Positions 1 through 10,810 of a stretch of 64,000 nucleotides of DNA are shown one piece after another; within the stretch, counting starts at the first letter, position 1; each line of letters opens with the position of its first letter. Source of the DNA: Psammoneis japonica. Lineage: Eukaryota. The stretch is from NCBI GenBank assembly GCA_008632985.1, contig QPGO01000132.1:1-64000 (forward strand). The letters run 5' to 3'. The notes under the pieces are model-generated. The model saw only the letters and a list, made by a program, of their open reading frames with translations. It had not been told where the DNA came from and ran no database searches. The position numbers and the translations under genes were made by a program.

Positions 1-1527
1 GGACCTCCACAGAATCCACACATTTTTACACCAAAGCTGTTGTCTTCTGCAATTTGTGCAAAAACAGACTTGACTGTTGTCTGACCAGGTGCATTGTTGC
101 AGACATGTTTTCTGAAATGTGCCTGATCAGATGACAGTCAATCTCATCATTTTTTGCAAAGACACTTTTCAATGTCAGCTGCCCACCCTCAGCCTCTGTG
201 TGTGTTTCCATGTGCCCTCTCATGCAGAGATGTTGCCCTTCTCAGAGAGTGTTTCCCCTGGTCTTGCCAGCCCATTTTGGCCACCTCTGCTGATGGTGCA
301 ACCTTGTTGTGGCATGATGAGCAACACTCTCCAGCAGCAGAAAGAAACTGGCACATGCATGCCTTGTGGCTCACAAGCCAGCTGACTTGTCTTGCAATTT
401 TCTGCCAGCTCAATGCAGTTTCTGTGCAGGCTTCAGTGCAATTCTGCATGCTGCTGAAATGTCCTCCAATGGCCACACAGTTAAATCTCAGAGCTGCTCC
501 TCTTGCTCATGTCCACCCACATTCCTCAACAATCTTTTCTCTCTCTGTTGGCTTGTCAAGTCCCCTTTGCTCTGCTGAGCAGTGAAAGCACTGCATCCAT
601 TGTGTGGCACACACGAGTGTGAAAATGAGTCATCCTTCAACATCATTTGGCAGGCATTCATTTTGTGGGTGCATTGGCGACACTTGTGCAACAGCTCTGG
701 CATTGTTTCTGCATGAGATTGAGGCTTTTTTCTGGCAGCCAACTCATGACATCATCAAGCACCCCTGTTTCTCTCACCCAGCTGCCAGCCCTGGACAACC
801 CATCCCTTCCTTGCTGGCATGTCTCAAGAGCTCCCTGCTTCGAGTGGCATTCTTTCTGCTGCTGTCACACTGCTTGGAGGTGTGAAGTTGGGCCTCTTTT
901 TGACAAGTGCAAGTCTGTGCCTGGTTTGCTTGGCAACCATGTTGCTGTCTCATTTGGTTGAGCAAGATTGGAAACGCCTGATGAGAGGAACCCACTTCGC
1001 AAAAAACATTGCAACAGGATGATTCAGTTCCTCTTGCGCGCGCCATTGACAACCAAACAAAGAGGATGAATTGCAAACCTTCACACCCACATAAAGTCAT
1101 TTTAACAAACATGTTCAATTCTGAACATCGATTGCTCTTTCGAGCTGCCCCCATGCCAACGCCTTCTTGTGTTTCTGAATGACAGACTAAAACTTTGACT
1201 TCTGCCCAGCCAAGTTCTGCCTTTCATTGATGTTCAAAAAATGCAGAAGACAGAAAACCACAGTTAGTTGTGTTTGTTCGTTTGCTGTGAGGTGACCTCA
1301 TGGAATCTACAGCAGCACACATGCAACTCGCAACGACTTCTTGCAAATGAAATTAAAAAGGGCAGTGTCACCAGGGAGAGGGACTTTTGCCGAGGACGGC
1401 AAAATGGTCCGGTGGTCGACACCTGACACCGAAAATGGACACTGGTGAGTGTGACCTCCTGCCAACAACAGATTTGCCTGGCCGCACCCTGGGTGACATC
1501 TCTAGATGCGCTCATTCATGTTCAACC

Positions 1528-2555
1528 ATGGATGAAGAGTCTGATCACGAAAGCATTGAGTCGTCGGCAGCGACTGTCGACGATGTCAAAGAGGGTGCGA
1601 ACTCTAAGAAGTTGGTTGTGCCAAGGACATTAGAGCCCAACGTTTGTGGGCAGATCCATCCCGTGGAGAGCCCCGAGTTGATCGCTGCAGCGCTCCCAGA
1701 GTTTGACAACGAGCTGCGGTTTGTTGAAACCAAACAGAAAGATGCTCTGCTTCAGGCCGAGAGAAAATGTCCTCAACTCCTGACAAAAGAATTAAAGCTC
1801 ATGTTCCTTTGTGCTGAAGTCTTTGACGTTGATGTGAGTCACCCTTCACAGACTTCACAGTGATTTTATGATCGTTGCATCTTCATTTGTTCCTGGTTTC
1901 TGTCTTTCTTCATGCGCAGCGTGCTGCAAAGCGTCACATGCGGCACTGGTCAAAGCGCTTGGACGTTTTTGGTCCTCTGAAGGCTTTCCAACCGCTCACA
2001 TTGCAGGGAGCTCTTTCAGATGACATTGACATCATTTGACCAGGATTTGTCCAACACTGCTTGACCAAAGATGCTTCTGGTTGTCCGCACGCAATGCTGA
2101 ATCCTGCAAAACTCGACCGAAACAAGTGCACTGTAGAGGGCATGGCGCGAGTGTGCTGGCATTTCTTGCATGTGATGAATGAATCCGAAATGGGGCAAAA
2201 GCAAGGGTTGGTCACATTGTTCTGCCTGGATGATCTTGGTGTGAAGCATGTGGATTGCAAATTAATCGGGGGAGTGATCCCTGGCATCCTCGGCATCACG
2301 CCGAACAGATGCAGTGCGATTCACGTTTTTAGACCTCCACCCTTTGTGCAACTGGTGATTCCTTTTCTGCACATGTTTTTGAATGAAAGGATGAAAAAGA
2401 GAGTTGTTTTTCACATTGACTCCAAGCAAAAGATCGCCAACTTGTTAGAGAGAGAATGTGGTTTGCCATTTGACTGCTTGCCAAAAGAACTCGGCGGCAA
2501 GGTGAGACTGTGTGTCGACAGTTGGATGGTTCAGAGACAGGCCGAAGGGAAGTGA
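1528..2555 (+). pseudogene. CRAL-TRIO (Sec14-like) lipid-binding protein, hypermutated paralog of 5727-6990
   Basis: Colinear with the intact gene (HPVESPELIA, AERKCPQLLTK, HVFRPPP, LPKELGG). Same intron position (1834-1919). In-frame TGA near 2037 where the paralog has Arg. Paralog Tyr codons read Cys or His. Confidence 0.9.
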
Positions 2556-2800
2556 ATTAAAAAACATGTGGGCAAATGATGCAGTTTAATTTGTTGTTCT
2601 TAATGGTTGCACTTTAGAACGCCAACTTGTCAGAGGGAGAATGTGGTTTGCCATTTGACTGCTTGCCAAAAGAACTCGGCGGCAAGTTGAGACTGTGCGT
2701 TGATGGTTGGATGGTTCAGACACAGGCCAAAGGGAAGTGAGTTAGAAAATTTGTTGGGAAAGGATGCAGTTTACTTTGCAGTTCTTAACAGTTGCACTTT
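2435..2800 (+). repeat. Tandem duplication of ~181 bp (2435-2615 and 2620-2800) covering the 3' end of the CRAL-TRIO pseudogene
   Basis: cgccaacttgt...gttgcacttt occurs twice with high identity. Confidence 0.9.
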
Positions 2801-5726
2801 CCATCACACTCTCTCTAAAGGCATGAGTTGACAGACATTTGACTGAGTGCTGACTTCGCGAACCAATGTTTTGTCAGTGGCACACTCTTCGAACTGCCCA
2901 GCCAACAACATGCTGCTGAGCCAGCCATTGCTGCAGCCCCATGGAGCCTGGCATTTGAATGACGTGTCCTTTTGCGTGCTTTTGGTGGGATTCACACTGG
3001 CAACAGACAGCCTTCATTTCCCTGCCTCAAGCCAGTGTGTGGTGCTGCACTTTTGAGGAGATTTTGTTCACAACCTGAAGCATTGCAGTCCAATTGTGAT
3101 CTTCTGTTCTCTGCTGGAAAACTTTCTCTTCTTGATTTTTCCATTTTCTAACTTTGTTTTCAGTTGGTGTCAATGACTCTGCCACACCCATGTGCAGCTG
3201 GGGAGAAATGTCCATGATGCAGTCCTGAGCTGCAGCTCATGTTATGACCAGCAAACATCTGTGGTGCACGACTGCAGCTGACAAGTTTTCTGTGGCTGAA
3301 CAACTTCAATCCAAGACCCTAAATCTCAAATCAAACATTTGAGTTCAAAATCCAGAACCCAAAACAGAGCTTGCTGCTTTAAGAGAGCTTGCGCCAAGGC
3401 TCACAAATTGGAGAGAGTGCTGAGAGCACTGCAAAATGCAAGAAACACATGCTCACAAGTGAGCCTCCTGGGAATCCCAAAAATGGCAGCACCAGGTGCG
3501 ACAAACAAGGTCACCACATGTGCCAAAAAGGAATGCCAAGGTTTGCTTGTGACTGGCCCCATGCTCAGTGCACACAACCACATGTCTGTGGCAGCATTGC
3601 AAGCTCACTTTTCACCCAGCTGATGCAACAACTTGCCAACAATGAGTTGGACCTGAGCCGCCCTCAAAAACAGCCTCACTTTTGGTTGCATCCAGAGGCC
3701 AGTTTTTTTGTGCTGGTGCTCATTCACACCATCACAATGCTGCTGCAGTTTTCATTGAATGTTGGCCAACCATGAATCATGTTCTCTTTCTTTTCATTTT
3801 TGCCATCAGCTGGGTGTGCCAGAAACCCAGCTTGCTGTGGGTTGATGGAAAGTGCAGAGCTGGCACAAACCACAGGATGCTGCAACCTGGCGCACAATGG
3901 CACGTTTCTAAAGTTTTCCTCTGAAATGTGGATCTTTGCTTGGGAACCATTTCTCAAGCACATTTGTTGAGCAATGTCAAAGGTCTTACACAGAGCTCTG
4001 CTGCTGCAGTGGTGGGTGCATGCGAGCAGTGGTGGCATGGACAACAACAATTTGGGGGCACCTTGTCTGCAAAGCCCCGGCATTGTCATTGGCTCCAGCT
4101 GCTTGACTTTGATGGCATCTTCCCAGGGTTGTCACCAGAGAGGATGAGAGATGGTGCAGAAGCCCTCACATGCCAATTTTGGGTTGTGCTCTCACACTGA
4201 CTGGTGCGCAAGACCCCACTGCCTCTGTTTTCACAGCAGCAGGAAAGGCGCAGTTTTGCCAAGAGGAGATTGACAAGGATGTGTGCAGCATTCTTCACTG
4301 CAACAAAGCACTGGCCCACGCAATTTGCCAAAACAAACATTTGCATCTGAGACAGTGATGCACATGGCATCTCTTGCATTTTCTTGGCTTGCCAACTCTG
4401 GGATCAAGGAAGCATGCAAGCCGGCCATCTCCCGCCCACTTGCGCTCACAAGGAGAACAAGGTGCTTTTCCTCTTTGATTTGCACCATTTTTTGCAGATG
4501 TGCCACGTGAAATTCCTGCTCAATCTTCAAAGATCAGGCACTTGAGCAACTTGTCTCGCAGCACCGATGACTGGGCTCTGCCGCAGCACAACCATCGCAT
4601 TGTTTTGCACCACGAACATGAGTGCACAAACAAGGGCACACCAAATTTTGCTCACACTGCTCCCCAGATGAGTGCTGCTTGAATTTTGCCCAGCAATGTG
4701 TGTTCAGGCAACAAAGTGAGCCACGGCTCTTGAGCCAGCTCTCGCTGTCTGTGTGGCTGCTGCGGCTTGTACAGCCAAAGTCTCCTGTCATTGATTTTGC
4801 TTTGGCTGGCTCTGGCAGTGTTGAAGAACATGAACCATCAATCGCTGACCATGTTGGGTGCAATTGAGGCACACTTGCTGGGTGTTGCAATGTGCGGCAA
4901 TCACTCCAACAATCTCCATGATTTGGTGATGCGTGCACCTCGAAAGGCAGCCTGCCCAGCCGGCTGACTTTGTGCCAAATTTTGAGAAAGAAAAGAGCTC
5001 ACCAAACTGTTGTGACAAACACGCACCTGTGGACGTCCAAGGCAGAAACGAGAAAACTGGGTTGGACTGAAAATCACAACCAAGCTTTGAAATGATGAGT
5101 GTTGGCAGCTGCCAAAGCTTTTTCGTCACGTTCTGTTCGCGGCGCGCGGTGCATTCGAAAATTTGATAATGCCCTGGGCCACCATCACACTCTCCTCTCC
5201 ACCACAACCACACATTCAACAAATGTTGAAAAGTGAGCGCGAGTTCCGCGAATCCCGTAAGGTTTATTCCCGCCAAAATTTTTTGATATTTGATTTATCT
5301 TTATTGTTTGTGCGTTAATATATTAATCTTCAGAGGTAGCACTATAGTGACGTTTATCAAAGTTAATTTAGCTGAAAATGTATATGAAATCCGTTGTAAG
5401 CAACAAATTTCTAACAGGTATCATGCGATTTTACATTCAAATTTCATATGTCACACATGAAAACTCAAATTTGATTCACAATCAATGATACCGACTTTAT
5501 GATAAATATTAGAGTGCAAAGTATTGGATAATTTTCGTTAACAAACTTGTATCAGAAATGAGAGTTTACTCATGTACGTTTCATAAGATTGGATAAACGG
5601 CGTTTACGTGCATGTGAAATTTCGCAAAAAATCTCGCAAAAACAAACAACACAAACGACGTGTTCTCGTCATACACAGTGTTGCATGAACGAGAACGCGG
5701 GTAGTTCCCACTTTTAGAACCCCACC

Positions 5727-6990
5727 ATGCCTCCCAACAAACCTGAAAGAACGTTAAAGAGAGCAGCTTCACTTGGAAGTGGAGTTGTATCCGATGATGG
5801 TAAAACAATAGAGTGGTCATGGACTGCAGAAGAAGGAAGCTCGGGAGTCACCAAGCAGAACGATGAGCCACTAGTAAACAACAACATACTGCTCTTCCCT
5901 CCAACACAAGATTTCCCCCTCCGCGTCCTGAGTGATGTTTCTTATCTTAATGATTCGTCAGTTTCTAGTCAGAATGACATGTCTTCCATCACAGATTCGG
6001 ATCGAGACAGCTCCATCGACGAAGGCAAGCCCTACATTGAGTCTCCTAGGAGTGCCAAATTGGTGGTACCGAGGTGCAGAAAGAATGACGTTTATGGGCA
6101 AAGCCATCCTTTGGAGAGTCCCGAGTTGATCGCTACAGCGCAGGACGAGTTTGAGAAAACGTTGCGTTTTGTCAGGCGGGAGAGAAGTGCCTATGCTCTT
6201 CGTCAGGCAGAGAAGAACTGTCCCGAACTGCTCACCAAAAAGTTCAAGCTCTTGTTCCTTCGTTCCGAGCGTTTTAACATTGATGTAAGTCACGAGCCCA
6301 ATCCTGGTGTTGACTTTGTTAGATCGTGGCTCACTCCTTGCTTTCTCTCTTTCTAACGAATAGCGTGCTGTAAAGCGCTATCTCACGTACTGGGACAGGC
6401 GCTTGGACATCTTCGGTCCCAAGAAGGCGTACCAACCGCTCACGTTGCAGGGAGCTCTTTCAGAAGACATTGACACTATAAGACTGGGATTCGTCCGAAT
6501 CTGTTTCGATGCCGACCTTTCGGGACGACCGTACTTTTTGTTGGATCCTTCAAAACTGGATCGAAAGAGCTACACCGCCGAGAGCATGTCGCGAGTGTGC
6601 TGGTACTTCTTGCACGTAGCGAACGAATCGGAAGCGGCCCAGAAGCGAGGTGTCATGTTATTGTGGTACCTGGAAGAATTCCGCATGAAGCATTTGGATC
6701 ACAAATTTGCCAAAATGGTTCTCCCGTCTATTCAAAGTGCCATTCCAATTCGGCTGAGTGCCGTGCACGTTTTTCGACCTCCGCCCGTGGTGAGAGTCAT
6801 CATTCCCTTTTTATACCTTTTTGTGATTGAAAGGATCAAAAAGCGAATTTTGTTTCACTTCGGATCCCAAGACGCAGTCGCCAAGTTAGCGGTGAAGAAG
6901 TACGGACTGGCTTTGCCGAAGGAACTCGGTGGCAAGCAGTGTCTTTGTATCGATCGTTGGGTGGAACAGCGACTAGCGGAAGGCAAGTAA
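5727..6990 (+). CDS. CRAL-TRIO (Sec14-like) domain protein, 2 exons (5727-6284, 6364-6990)
   Basis: GT-AG intron 6285-6363 joins the frames. Motifs FLRSERFNID-RAVKRYLTYWDRR, PIRLSAVHVFRPP, LPKELGG. Confidence 0.85.
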
Positions 6991-7479
6991 AAAAAAAAAG
7001 AAAAAAAAAAGACCAGCTAAGCATCTAATAATAAGATGACCAAGACCACTCGGTCTTAGCGCAATTACTTCAGTTTCTTTGTGCTGTACTCGTAACACCG
7101 TGACACTCTACTTGTAGCTACTAGAGTTCATATTATTTTTGAAGCATGTTGTCGCAATACAGTGAATGTGAAATGGTGCCCAAAAGCATGTTCAGTAAAG
7201 GGGTTTACGTTTCGTGACTGCGCGGAAGCCAACGTCGGTCAGCGCGCGCTCGCCGCTCGCCCAATCGTGGCTCGCCACGTCGTGTATGTACAGCATTCAT
7301 ACTGTAGGGCTATGATTGATACTGTACGGTACGTTGTGGAGCGGGCAGGCGCTCGCGCGTTGACAAACGTTTCAAATTTTTCGAAAGTCAATCTTCAAAA
7401 AATCTACTTGCATGCCTGCGGAAGAAGATTAAATTTTCAATTGCCCCCCCGGCCGGGCTCTTTTTTTTCGCTTTCTGTA

Positions 7480-9290
7480 GAGTCACATTGCAATGATGTT
7501 TTTAGATGGAGCTTTCTGACTGAACCCCGCTTCATTTGTTTCTTTCTTCTGACTTTCCTTTCTTCTTTGATGACTTGCCTTTGATGCAGCAAATCAAAAA
7601 GGAGAGGGTGTTGTTGCTGGGGCTGGATGATCTGTTTGTCCTTCACACAGCTTGTGTGCAGACAAGATGATGGATGCCAGCTCTGTTGGGGCGTAAAACA
7701 CGATGTGGGGTGAGCTGGTCCAGGTTTTTTCTTGGGCTCAATGTGCTTCCTTTAGTGAGGAGACTCATTTTGAAACAACTGGGATGCTGTGCCCTTTGTT
7801 CTTGTCTGCCCTGCACTGACAAATGGCAGCATGCTCAGCATCACTTGTGGCAAACACAGCAGCCGGCTGCTCCTGCATCAATGACATTTGCTTGAAGTCT
7901 GCCCCTCATTGCTCATGTCTGTTTTAAAGTCATGGCACCAATGCAGCTGGGCTGCTGGTGTCTCTCCCATGCTTTCTTGTGTGCCAGGTAGAAAAAGCAT
8001 GTGGCTGCTTTGACGTGCACCTTCAGGCTGTGGTGCAAGAGTGCAGCTCCATGCAAATGGAGTCTTGCCCAATCAAAAAAAGACTTTTTGGCAATTTTTT
8101 TGTCATTTCTGAGTTTCCAGCTTTGGGTGCACTGGCCTGCACAGCAGCAAAAACAAGAGAACCAGTGTGCAGGAAATGGGCGCAGCAGTCAGAAAGCCTT
8201 GGCACAGCAAGCAACAGGTTTTCTTTTTGTTTTGTCAGGTGGAGCAGCAGCATGAAACAACAGGGCAACGTGCATGGCAAAACATGCCCAAAGTGTGGTC
8301 CATGGAATGAGCCAGCACTTGCGTGACTGCGTCAATTGTTTGGAAAAAGGCCAAAGAAGTGGCTGGTCACAAAAGGAGAGCTGGCATGCTGAAAGATGGC
8401 AAGACTTTGTCAGAGTAAATGGGCCAGTGAAGGGGGTGCTTGCAAGCTTCAAAACTGGCAGAAAAATGAGCTTTTGACTGCGACGGGACCAAGCGGGGTG
8501 CTTGATGGAACAACACCCTTTTTTTCTCAAAGCTGATGCATGAAGCAATTTGTGAAACAGGGGTGAAATTCATGATGCTGCTGCAATTGCCGACATGCTG
8601 CATCACACAAGCTCTCCTCCTTGCACTGCTCTCGACATGCTTGGCTGCAGCTGCCGCACCTCTTGTTGGCACCACACAAGAGTGGTTGTTTTGTGATCTT
8701 TGGGGTTCAGAGTGACAGCACAAGCCCCATGGTGAGGAGGGGGGAGTGAAAAGCTTGCAAAGCTGGTCAATGAGAAACACGAGCATGTGATGGTGTGCTC
8801 CACTGTCAACTTGAAGGAGGGGCAGCTCTGGTCGATTTTTTGAATGTGCAGGTTGAAGCCATGGCTGACAAGGTTGGAACTTTTGTGTGTGCCAAGTTCA
8901 ACATTGCCAAGGAGGATAATCTCTCAGAAACAAAGGCATGGCATTGTGTTGTGAAAAAGCCGGCACACCATCTCTGCTGGCCGCCAAAGCTCCCAGAGCA
9001 GAGAAGTGCTTTGTGTGTTGCTGCCGCGCCGCTCCTTCACACAAACAACAGAGAGTTTCTGTGCCAAGGCTTGCAACAACAACACAAGAACCAGTGTGCA
9101 GATGGGTGCTGTGTCTGTGCAAGTGATGTTGCTGTGCAGTTTTCTGCCACTCTCAAGCCAAGCTGGCGGGGCTGTTTGCAGCACCCTCTCGATTTTTTTT
9201 TCTTTTGGAGTGCATGCAAGCTTGGGGCCTCTGCAGCTGCACTCCACAACACAGCCACACCCTCTGGGACAGCCTTTCCAAACAGATAAT
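7480..9290. other. TpA/CpG-depleted domain, degenerate repeat of unknown family
   Basis: Near absence of TA, TG/CA excess, no recognisable protein. Confidence 0.75.
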
Positions 9291-9624
9291 AAATGAGTGA
9301 GACCCTCGTCTGGCTCTCATGTTAGAGATGAAAGCACGATGGTCGAGGCTTTCTCACTGAAGTTCGTGCCAGAAACTTCAAGCGACAGCGGGGGTTGCTC
9401 TGTTTCGAATTTTCTTCAGTCACGATTTGTCACGATTCGCAACCTCCTGTCTCCTGTCGCTCACCATCACTTTCACTCTCTTGACTGTTGCCTGTTGCCT
9501 GTTGCCATTTTTGTCAGACGCTCAGGCCTGCACAACGCACAGTACCACCAACAAAGTGTCCTCTCTATAAAGTCAAGCTCTACTGGATGGCTGAAAGCTC
9601 GAAGAGAACAAAATCCTAGAAACT

Positions 9625-10602
9625 ATGCGGCCGAGCAACAGGCAGGGTGCTTTTTGGTGTTTTAGAAGTACAAACAATGTTCTTCCCACAACAACAACAA
9701 CCACTGCTCGATCACCAACACGCAATTCTTGTTGTTGCATTTCGGTCGCAATCATTCGCAAGAAACGACGACGGACTCTGTTAATTTTGCTTGTGTTTCT
9801 TTATTGCGTCCACCGGCTTCGCAGAAGCTACTTTGAACTCGAACTTGCCATTACTGATCCCTACCGTGAAGCACAAGTCATTTGGCCGTGGAGGTATTTT
9901 CAGGTCAAATACTTGCAACGACACCCCTCTGCAATACGCAACTTTACCATGACGGCCGAAAATGCATTTGTCATTAATGTGGATTCCGACACGGCTCGGT
10001 ATAGATCCTTTCGGTACCATAGCGGCAATGCGACCATTACACGCTTTTCGGCGTCCACGTGGACCAGAAACCACAATCGTTCGTCGGAACAAGAAATTTA
10101 TATGCATCAATATCCATGGATACAAACTTCAGTCCGCAAGAAAGCATTTGGGGATGCCGCGTGTGCACTCTCGCATATTCGACTGCTGGAACACTTTCTC
10201 GACATGGACAACATAGACTATATGTTTGTCTTTGAAGACGACGCCATATTTGACAAGAGATTCCTCGAAACACGTTCGATTCGCGCTCCAAACGATGCGC
10301 AAGCCATTCTCTTGAGCAAGACATCCACCAAACTTGTAGAGATTCCAATCAAGCACCACCAAAAATACGCAACCCGCGTCATTCAAGGCTTTGGCATGTT
10401 TGGATTTGTCATTACCAAGGAGGGAGCAAAGCGATTATTACAAATCATGCAACGTCGTGGTGACGCCGCCTTGGATGTGGTGCTCAATTCCAGACTTTTA
10501 ACCTATCATCCAATCGACTATTGGCCACTGGTGCATCATGCCGATCGACCTTCGACGAGACGAAAAGTAAACGATGGATTGTATCTCCACCGAAAGAGAT
10601 GA
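9625..10602 (+). CDS. Glycosyltransferase family 25-like, type II membrane protein
   Basis: N-terminal TM (TLLILLVFLYCV). Motifs FVINVDSDTAR, ACALSH, VFEDDA, GFVITKEGAKRLL. Start codon uncertain. Confidence 0.8.
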   Translation: MRPSNRQGAFWCFRSTNNVLPTTTTTTARSPTRNSCCCISVAIIRKKRRRTLLILLVFLYCVHRLRRSYFELELAITDPYREAQVIWPWRYFQVKYLQRHPSAIRNFTMTAENAFVINVDSDTARYRSFRYHSGNATITRFSASTWTRNHNRSSEQEIYMHQYPWIQTSVRKKAFGDAACALSHIRLLEHFLDMDNIDYMFVFEDDAIFDKRFLETRSIRAPNDAQAILLSKTSTKLVEIPIKHHQKYATRVIQGFGMFGFVITKEGAKRLLQIMQRRGDAALDVVLNSRLLTYHPIDYWPLVHHADRPSTRRKVNDGLYLHRKR

Positions 10603-10810
10603 ATGATGCGTTAACAAAAGATTCATCTTTCTCGTTTTGTTTTTGCAATCTAATCTATTGACACGGTGTTGTCACACTGTGTCTTGTTGTGTATCCATAG
10701 TCTAAAACTTTTCGTGTTGAGACATGTCTGACCATACCAGCTTTGCGAGAAAAAATGTTCAAGTACATGCAATTCAAAACTTGAAATATGATTTGTGGTC
10801 TAACTAATGC

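Larger units (their letters stand above)
1..5130. other. TpA-depleted (TG/CA-saturated) domain; degenerate repeat-like DNA plus a mutated gene copy
   Basis: By manual reading only about 30 TA dinucleotides in ~5.1 kb, versus frequent TA immediately after 5270. CpG is also scarce outside 1260-2560. Many spurious Cys/His-rich, Tyr-free ORFs in all frames. Confidence 0.9.

Noticed and set aside
5270..5600. AT-rich patch as a possible centromere or origin
   Set aside because: It is only ~300 bp and directly upstream of a gene, so ordinary intergenic or promoter DNA is the simpler reading.
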